Part shown: positions 12,260-19,894 of the stretch, piece after piece
Position numbering within the stretch: position 1 is the stretch's first letter
Layout of the letters: every line of letters begins with the position of its first letter
From: Auanema rhodensis
Taxonomy: Eukaryota > Animalia > Nematoda
DNA length: 30,432 bases
Direction of reading: 5' to 3'
NCBI GenBank assembly: GCA_964057225.1
Contig: CAXKVF010000068.1
Span: forward strand, 1-30,432
Translations under genes and position numbers: made by a program
The notes under the pieces: model-generated
Databases searched by the model: none
The model's input: only the letters and a program-made list of their open reading frames with translations
Told to the model about the DNA's origin: nothing

Positions 12260-12778
12260 ATGGATGTAGGTTGGTGAAATTAATATTATATCAGTTGTAT
12301 TTTTGTTTTGTTTTTTTTTTCAGAAGAAGTCGTAGAATTTCTAATTCAAAGTACAGAAAGTACTCCACTCCAGAAAAAACGGAAGAAAACAGTTCCCAAA
12401 AAATCACAAAAATCGAAGGTATGTTACTGTGTTTATTTGAAAATTTAAAATCTATTTCCAGGTTGAGAATGAAATCTCTCATTATCAAAAATCTTTAAAA
12501 AATATGATTCCCAAACTAAGTTTTCAAAGAGTATGTCGGGAAATTATTCAGAAAATGGGAGATTTTCGGATGACAGGAGGAAGTCTGGCAGCGCTTCAAG
12601 TCAGAAATTTTTTTTATCGACTAAAATTCATAATAACAATTTTCAGGAAGCATCCGAAGCTTACTTGGTGAATTTATTTGAGCTTTCCTCGATAGCTGCG
12701 CTTCACGCAGGTCGAAAAACTGTTATGCCAAAGGACTTTTTGTTAGTGAAGTTACTGAATTGCGGTAAACTTTTTTAA
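12260..12778 (+). CDS. Divergent histone H3 variant, 4 exons, 124 aa
   Basis: Exons 12260-12269, 12324-12418, 12462-12599, 12647-12778 give [124 protein letters not shown]. This is colinear with the H3 fold (EIRRYQKS, FQRLVREI, ALQEA.EAYLV.LFE, HAKRVTIMPKD). Confidence 0.92.
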
Positions 12779-12952
12779 AATTCTCTGTTTTTCTGAGTTG
12801 TTGTTGTTCATTTTCACTGTTCCTGTTTGTTTACTTAAAAGACTTTTTTTCTCTTTATATTTTGTTTAATGTGTGGATATTCCATTCTTACTTGATTTTT
12901 ATTGATTTGGCAATTTAATTTAACTACCTCATTTTTTTCATGTGTCAGTGAT

Positions 12953-13944
12953 ATGAATTTTGCATATGTTGCTGAAAATTTAGGCAAACGCAGACTTAAT
13001 CCTTCAATAGGTATATTTTCGATTTTTCCAGAGTTCTCAAAATAATTTTTTATTAGGACTAGATATGTGGAGCGAGAACGGAACTGCCGCTGAAGGGCTC
13101 ACGGAAGAAGAAAGAGATTTCATCGATGACTCATATGGTTAGTGGATTTATTCAATGTAAAACGTGAATCTAATATTCCTATCTTTCAGATTTAGAAAAA
13201 GAAAAAGTAGAAATGTTTTCTTTATTAAGCGGTGAGAAACACGAACAAGAAAAAAGAGCTGTAAGCAGAAGAATTGAATCGAGGAAAGATGTATTCATCT
13301 TAGACAAACCACGCAGAATTCAAGTTAGTTTTCAATATATTCTTTTCTGAAAAATTTTCTTTCTAGCTGAAATCGAAAATAAATTGTTCTAACTCAACAA
13401 ATTTAATGCAATTTCTATTGATAGTTTTGAAAATTCCCGAAGAACGTAATTTTTTGCTCGAGCTTAAAGAAAACAGTTTGGAGAAAAAAAAGAAAAACTC
13501 GCTAATTAATGGTTTCTCTAGGTGCGCTAAAGAAATAACGGTACGTTTCATTATTTTTCCAATTTCCATGAGACATTACAGTTTTGTGCCATCGACGGCT
13601 TTGTTTATGCTAAAAAATCTGGTGAATTTCTAACAAATAGCCGTTTGCAGCAAGCGAATACACTCCATTCATTTTGCTGCTCTGAGAAAGGAATTTTTGC
13701 TGCTGAGTTAGTCATTTTTGAGTTCAAACTTAATACTAACTGCCGAACACTCAGATTTGGAAAGATTTCTTTAATAGAAGATGTACAAGAGAAAGAAAAA
13801 ACGTTCTTCATTTTCTCAATTTTTGTTTTTTCAATCTCTTGCTCTCATTGCAAAACGTATTTGAACTCGTTATGTAATACGGAAAAGGTAATGAGTTGTA
13901 TACGTACCCACGTGATGGATTTTATCTTGAGAAACATAGAATAA
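12953..13944 (+). CDS. Hypothetical 5-exon protein, ~269 aa, with KRRL and acidic DFIDDS motifs and a C-terminal CxxC
   Basis: Exons 12953-13010, 13057-13137, 13190-13323, 13367-13540, 13582-13944 are phase-consistent with no internal stop. Confidence 0.7.
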
Positions 13945-13952
13945 ATTTTTTT

Positions 13953-14753
13953 AAAAAATACGTATTATTCCTAAAAAAAATTTTCAATAATTAAATATAA
14001 TAATGAAAAATATTTGTTAATGTTTACTAGGGGTTTTTCCCCTAATTAGACAATGGTCGATCGAAATACTTGAAAAAATGCTTTCATTATAACATTTGAA
14101 TAAAAAATACATATTATTCCTAAAAAAAATTTTTTAATAATCAAAAATGATAATGAAAAATATTTGTTAATGTTTACTAGGGGTTTTTCCCCTAATTAGA
14201 CAATGGTCGATCAAAATACTTGAAAAAATGCTTTCATTATAACATTTGAATAAAAAATACATATTATTCCTAAAAAAAATTTTTTAATAATCAAAAATGA
14301 TAATGAAAAATATTTGTTAATGTTTACTAGGGGTTTTTCCCCTAATTAGACAATGGTCGATCGAAATACTTGAAAAAATGCTTTCATTATAACATTTGAA
14401 TGAAAAATACATATTATTCCTAAAAAAAAATTTTTAATAATCAAAAATAATAATGAAAAATATTTGTTAATGTTTACTAGGGGTTTTTCCCCTAATTAGA
14501 CAATGGTCGATCGAAATACTTGAAAAAATGCTTTCATTATAACATTTGAATAAAAAATACATATTATTCCTAAAAAAAAATTTTTAATAATCAAAAATAA
14601 TAATGAAAAATATTTGTTAATGTTTACTAGGGGTTTTTCCCCTAATTAGGCAATGGTCGATCTTGAAAAAATGCTTTCATTATAACATTTGAGCGCAATT
14701 GCAAAAGTGGGCGGAGCCCGCGCCCTATTCCATGTAATGTTGCAAAAGTGGGC
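13953..14753 (+). repeat. 150-bp tandem repeat x5 plus GC-rich block; same family and orientation as 11275-12165
   Basis: Exact 150-bp period, ending in gagcgcaattgcaaaagtgggcggagcc...gcaaaagtgggc. Confidence 0.95.
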
Positions 14754-14758
14754 ATAAT

Positions 14759-15076
14759 AAAATTACTCTTCAACGAAGGTGAAAGAGTTTTTCCACATTA
14801 GGCTTAGGGTGAAACAGTAGGGGAAACACCCCTAAGATTAAAATAGAAATGTACTTTTTATTGAAGTGTAAAACATGATGAAGAATTATTAGATTAGGAG
14901 TGAGGGAAACACCCCTAAGATTAATAATCTCTTTTCTCTTTCCAAATTTTTTTATGTTCTAGTGTTCTATTCTAACAAAGTTCTTTTTTTTTATATTTGA
15001 TAAATACTTATTCTCAGAAATAATTTTTGATAATACAGAGTCGAGAAAATTACTCTTCAGCGAAGATGAAAGAGAT
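14759..15076 (+). repeat. Direct-repeat copy of 3189-3492
   Basis: Colinear match including both ggaaacacccctaagatt motifs; contains an extra ttaggcttaggg. Confidence 0.88.
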
Positions 15077-15087
15077 TTCATTGATGA

Positions 15088-16085
15088 TTTCCGATTGATT
15101 TCCTATGTGTCATTTTTGAGATGAACTATTTTAAAAATTGTGAAAATCACCAAAAAACCCAAGATTCAAAAGATCATATGTTCTTTCAAACTTGAGCCAA
15201 CAACAAGCCCCTCTCGAAAGTATGCTGAATGATACATTTTCATTCATATATGAACTCTCGATTAATTTCCTATGTGTCATTTTTGAGATGAACTATTTTA
15301 AAAATTGTGAAAATCACCAAAAAACCCAAGATTCAAAAGATCATATGTTTTTCCAAACTTGAGCCAACAACAAGCCCTTTTTGAAAGTATGCTGAATGAT
15401 ACATTTTCATTCAAATATGAACTACCGATTGATTTCCTATGTGTCATTTTTGAGATGAACTATTTTAAAAATTGTGAAAATCACCAAAAAACCCAAGATT
15501 CAAAAGATCATATGTTCTTTCAAACTTGAGCCAACAACAAGCCCCTTTTGAAAGTATTCTGAATGATACATTTTCATTCATATATGAACTCCCGATTGAT
15601 TTCCTATGTGTCATTTTTGAGATGAACTATTTTAAAAATTGTGAAAATCACCAAAAAACCCACGATTCAAAAGATCATATGTTCTTTCAAACTTGAGCCA
15701 ACAACAAGCCCTTTTCGAAAGTAAGCTGAATGATACATTTTTATTCATATATGAACTACCGATTGATTTCTTATGTGTCATTTTTGAGATGAACTATTTT
15801 AAAAATTGTGAAAATCACCAAAAAACCCAAGATTCAAAAGATCATATGTTCTTTCAAACTTGAGCCATCCAAAAATCAAAAAAAAACCAACATTTAAAAG
15901 GTCATATGTTTTTCCAAAATTGATCCAGTAACAAGCGCCTTGCGATAATATGTTGAATGACCCATTTTCATTCATATATCAACTCACAATTCATTTTCTA
16001 TGTGTCTATTTTGAGATAAATTGTTTTAAAAAATCTTGAAATCACCAAAAAACCCAACATTTAAAAGGTCATATGTTTTTCCAAA
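15088..16085 (+). repeat. 167-bp tandem repeat, about 4.7 clean copies plus a degenerate tail
   Basis: cgatt(g/a)attt(c)ctatgtgtcatttttgagatgaac recurs at 15092, 15259, 15426, 15593 and 15760. Confidence 0.95.
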
Positions 16086-16189
16086 TGTTTCATGTTTCTT
16101 ATTTTAATATTGTATAAATTAAGTTCCTGAGAAAATAAAAATACGACGATGAGGTTTCAACAATATTTATTGAGTTCAAAGTAAACAAA

Positions 16190-16906
16190 TCAATGTGCAT
16201 ATCTTTCTAAAACAAATTTTGCTTTCCTGCGATTAATATGATTCATAAGCGAACGAAAAGTTGCCCCGTGTTCTAGCAATAAACTGGAAGCAATAGATAT
16301 GGGTATAATACTTGGGTTTATTAGACACTTTATGTGTAGAAATTCATAAACATGAATGAGTTCATGAACCATAACCGAAAGTAATTCCATTTTTTTGTCT
16401 TTTCTGAATGAAAAAGCAGTTTTTTTTGCACTGTCGCGCTTTTTTTCAAGAAATGAAGAACAAAAAAATGTTATCGAAATATTATTGCAATTTCTCGTAG
16501 TATAAGCATGTTTGTCTTTCATTGTGACATTACTATTACATTTTACTTGAATGGATATGCCGTAGGAGAAGATTTTGGAATCAAAAAAGTGAAAATCTAG
16601 ATATTTTAACAATTTTCTGAAACATCTTTCATCAGATGTGCAGGCGGGGAATGAGTTATTGTTCTCGATATCTGCTACAATATCAAAAAAACTCGTTGAT
16701 GTTTGTGCTGGCAATGGCATTTCAATTTGAGAAAAATCAAATGTTTCTGAGATAGTGTTTTTTTCCAACAATGCTTCATATTGTTCGCGAGTAATGAAGT
16801 TTTCGGATTTGCGTATTCCTTTTTTTTCACAGTGTACATACACTACATTAAAAGCAAACGAATTTCCATGAAGTTTTTCTTTGGACAAGAGAACCACGTA
16901 AGACAT
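16190..16906 (-). CDS. SprT/Spartan-like zinc metalloprotease domain protein (at least 238 aa)
   Basis: Longest ORF in the window. LLSVMVHELIH followed by HGATFRSLMNHIN matches the HExxH...HGxxF signature of the SprT family (SPRTN/GCNA/Wss1-like). A short upstream exon near 16954-16972 is possible. Confidence 0.8.
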   Translation of the reverse strand: MSYVVLLSKEKLHGNSFAFNVVYVHCEKKGIRKSENFITREQYEALLEKNTISETFDFSQIEMPLPAQTSTSFFDIVADIENNNSFPACTSDERCFRKLLKYLDFHFFDSKIFSYGISIQVKCNSNVTMKDKHAYTTRNCNNISITFFCSSFLEKKRDSAKKTAFSFRKDKKMELLSVMVHELIHVYEFLHIKCLINPSIIPISIASSLLLEHGATFRSLMNHINRRKAKFVLERYAH

Positions 16907-17399
16907 ACTGAATGAAATTATTATTCAAAATTTCCGAAAAGCAAATAATTTACCTTAAGGTTCGATTTTATTCTAAAATATTTCACTAAATCTTGAGTGG
17001 ACACTAAAAAAAATTATTAATTTCGAAAAAATTTCAAGAAGAATGAAAAATAAGATAAGAAGAATGAAAAAAATACAATGAACAATAAATCAAGAGATGA
17101 AAACAGTGAAAACACAGATGAGAATGACTGGAAAATGTGTGATTGTGATTGATTTAGATTAAACCATATTCCACCAAAACAAAAACATATATACGATACA
17201 GAATAAATTTCATAAATAAAAAAAATAAAAAGGAGAAAATAATGATGAGTAAATATTAGAGAAGAAAAAAAAATCGATCAAATTAAAACAAAAATTAATC
17301 AACGAACATTAGAAAAAGTTATGCTTCACAAAATATAAATAAAAAATCTATCAAAATTTGAGTTTGAGTTAGTAACAAGCCCCTCATTATCTCTATATA

Positions 17400-18196
17400 A
17401 TGGAAAACGAAATACAAAAAAAGAGCTGGAAGTTGACGGTAAGTAATAAGTTTTTCGAGCAATATTATTTTTTTTAGAACTGCTTGGAATTGCGTTATGA
17501 TGTAGCTATGTGGCATCAATCACAATTAAAACACTTAATATTCCTTGTTGACGATGCTGAATGTGATAGAAAGGATGTACGAGTATATATACTCTACGGA
17601 GATTCTGGAGCAGGCAAATCTTATTTTGCTAAGAAGTATCTCGGTATGAATTTTTTTTATTAATTTTCAAATTTGAAAAAACTATTTCAGCAAAAGTTGC
17701 CGGATCTGTGTATACAACATCTGCTGATTGTACTAGTTATTTTGAAAGTGAGTTTCAAATTTGTTCCGATAAAAAAAAATTTATAGAATATAACAAGCAA
17801 AAAAACAAGCAGAATTATAATTGATGAAGTTGAACAGTTCGGACAACGTGGGTACATGACAGGAAAACAGCTCTTAATGATGTGTAATGATGGTACCTGC
17901 AGGTAAGTGTTGAACACAAAAATAGTATTACTAAACCCATTTTTTCATATTGAACGTTAAATTTTCAAGTTGTGTCATAAAAGCCCATCATATCTTTCTT
18001 ATTTCGAACATAGAACCTTCGCAATGGTTTGGGAATGATCATATAACAGTGAGTTCCCGATAAGGTTAAAAATTACATTTGGTTTCAGTTGACAGCGTTC
18101 AAGAGACGAATACATTGGATTGGCAAAGCAACCGAATTGAAATCTCAACCGAAATGGAGGAGAGGAAAAGCATTTGAAACAGTTTTGAAAAATTAG
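17400..18196 (+). pseudogene. Rep-like SF3 helicase paralogue 2, helicase part only, disrupted
   Basis: VRVYILYGDSGAGKS, IIIDEVEQFGQRGY, LLMMCNDGTCRLNVKFSSC, IFLISNIEPSQWF and AFKRRIHWIGK, with four intron positions shared with paralogue 1. Lesions: frameshift explained by a 7-bp duplication aacaagc (17804-17810), acceptor cag>cat (17946-17948), and no N-terminal domain. Confidence 0.85.
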
Positions 18197-18488
18197 ATTC
18201 CCCATGTCCATATTAGTCTAAAAACAAATTTTTATTGATATTGGTTCATGGTAACCATGACTTTGAAATTTACGTGAACTTTAATTTATGCTAATTAAAT
18301 GTACACGTGATATGCACTTGGTATGTAACTCGCTTCACGTGAAAGATAAAGAGATGCGGTTTTCAAATTTAGATTCCCCATGTCCATATTAGTCTAAAAA
18401 CAAATTTTTATTGATATTGGTTCATGGTAACCATGACTTTGAAATTTACGTGAACTTTAATTTATGCTAATTAAATGTACACGTGATG
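18190..18488 (-). repeat. About 1.7 diverged, inverted copies of the 176-bp satellite family
   Basis: Period is exactly 176 (ttagattcccc at 18193 and 18369). Aligns with the reverse complement of the satellite through catattagtcta.aaaca, tggtaacca.gacttt.aa.ttacgtgaa, tgtaactcg and aaagata. Confidence 0.85.
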
Positions 18489-18515
18489 CGCTGCTCCCTA
18501 TCGTCGGGAGCAGCG
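18489..18515. other. Perfect GC-rich hairpin, 10-bp stem and 7-nt loop
   Basis: cgctgctccc-tatcgtc-gggagcagcg. Confidence 0.9.
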
Positions 18516-18621
18516 AGTGCGTGAAGGAGCTTAGTTTTTCAGGAACATCGTTTTTTCCCCATATCGTCTTTATCGTTACAAAATTTTTCCAATTTCCATG
18601 AGACATTGCAGTTTTGTGCCA

Positions 18622-19058
18622 GTTTAAAGTTATCTATTTCATCTATGATAATTGCTTCTTGGTTTTTGTATTCTGTAATTGAAACATTAATAATTGAAAT
18701 ATGTCATACTTATTCACTTTCGAAATGTGCCGAATTATCAGCTACTATGTGATACACACTATTACCTGGAAAATGAAACGTTAAGTGAAACAAAGTGTTA
18801 ACCAAGAAAAAACCTAGAAACTTTGAAGCAAAATGTGTTTTTCCTGTTCCTACATAACCATATAGTACATAAACGCGGACATTGGTTCTGTAAGCTTCCT
18901 TTGGTTCTTGGAAAACACACAATTGTTTCAATTGTGTCTGATGTCGCATGGTAGCATCAAGTTTCACTCCCATGCAGTCACAAAAACTCCAGCCATCATT
19001 TTCGATTTTTTTATCATTATGTCTAAATATCCGAGACTGAGTTCATTATCCTTGGTTC
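18622..19058 (-). pseudogene. Rep-like SF3 helicase paralogue 3, internal fragment
   Basis: ELSLGYLDIMIKK/IENDGW...NVRVYVLYGYVGTGKTHFASKFLG|NSVYHIVADNSAHFE|KYKNQEAIIIDE, with the same intron positions as paralogue 1. One-base frameshift in the T-run at 19006-19012. Cut 5' by the 37-bp array and 3' just after Walker B. Confidence 0.85.
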
Positions 19059-19116
19059 CTTAACGTTTCCAATAGAAAAATTAACGAAAAAAAATTTTTT
19101 AACTAGCATTTTTAGA

Positions 19117-19745
19117 AGCATGAGATCTATGACTAAGCATATGACTAAGTCTAAGCATGAGATCTATGACTAAGCATATGACTAAGTCTAAGCATGAGAT
19201 CTATGACTAAGCATATGACTAAGTCTAAGCATGAGATCTATGACTAAGCATATGACTAAGTCTAAGCATGAGATCTATGACTAAGCATATGACTAAGTCT
19301 AAGCATGAGATCTATGACTAAGCATATGACTAAGTCTAAGCATGAGATCTATGACTAAGCATATGACTAAGTCTAAGCATGAGATCTATGACTAAGCATA
19401 TGACTAAGTCTAAGCATGAGATCTATGACTAAGCATATGACTAAGTCTAAGCATGAGATCTATGACTAAGCATATGACTAAGTCTAAGCATGAGATCTAT
19501 GACTAAGCATATGACTAAGTCTAAGCATGAGATCTATGACTAAGCATATGACTAAGTCTAAGCATGAGATCTATGACTAAGCATATGACTAAGTCTAAGC
19601 ATGAGATCTATGACTAAGCATATGACTAAGTCTAAGCATGAGATCTATGACTAAGCATATGACTAAGTCTAAGCATGAGATCTATGACTAAGCATATGAC
19701 TAAGTCTAAGCATGAGATCTATGACTAAGCATATGACTAAGTCTA
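19117..19745 (-). repeat. 37-bp telomere-variant tandem repeat, exactly 17 identical copies
   Basis: Unit agcatgagatctatgactaagcatatgactaagtcta; 629 bp = 17 x 37. The minus strand reads TTAGAC TTAGTC ATATGC TTAGTC ATAGATC TCATGC. Confidence 0.97.
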
Positions 19746-19746
19746 A

Positions 19747-19894
19747 GCCTAAGCCTAAGCCTAAGCCTAAGCCTAAGCCTAAGCCTAAGCCTAAGCCTAA
19801 GCCTAAGCCTAAGCCTAAGCCTAAGCCTAAGCCTAAGCCTAAGCCTAAGCCTAAGCCTAAGCCTAAGCCTAAGCCTAAGCCTAAGCCTAAGCCT
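19747..19894 (-). repeat. Perfect telomeric tract (TTAGGC)24 on the minus strand, interstitial
   Basis: 24 x gcctaa followed by gcct. Confidence 0.98.

Noticed and set aside
12260-12778. Calling the histone CENP-A/hcp-3
   Set aside because: It retains Q68 and has a shorter, not longer, loop 1; orthology cannot be shown from the sequence alone.
17923-17931. TAGTATTAC, the circovirus/nanovirus origin nonamer
   Set aside because: Lies inside a rep2 intron with no flanking GC stem; plausible by chance in AT-rich DNA.
3497-19116. Helitron, Maverick/Polinton or intact circovirus
   Set aside because: No PIF1-type helicase, pPolB, integrase, long terminal inverted repeats or recognisable capsid gene; the helicase is SF3 and intron-rich.
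19117-19745. CRISPR-like 37-bp repeat
   Set aside because: No spacers, eukaryotic context and no cas genes.
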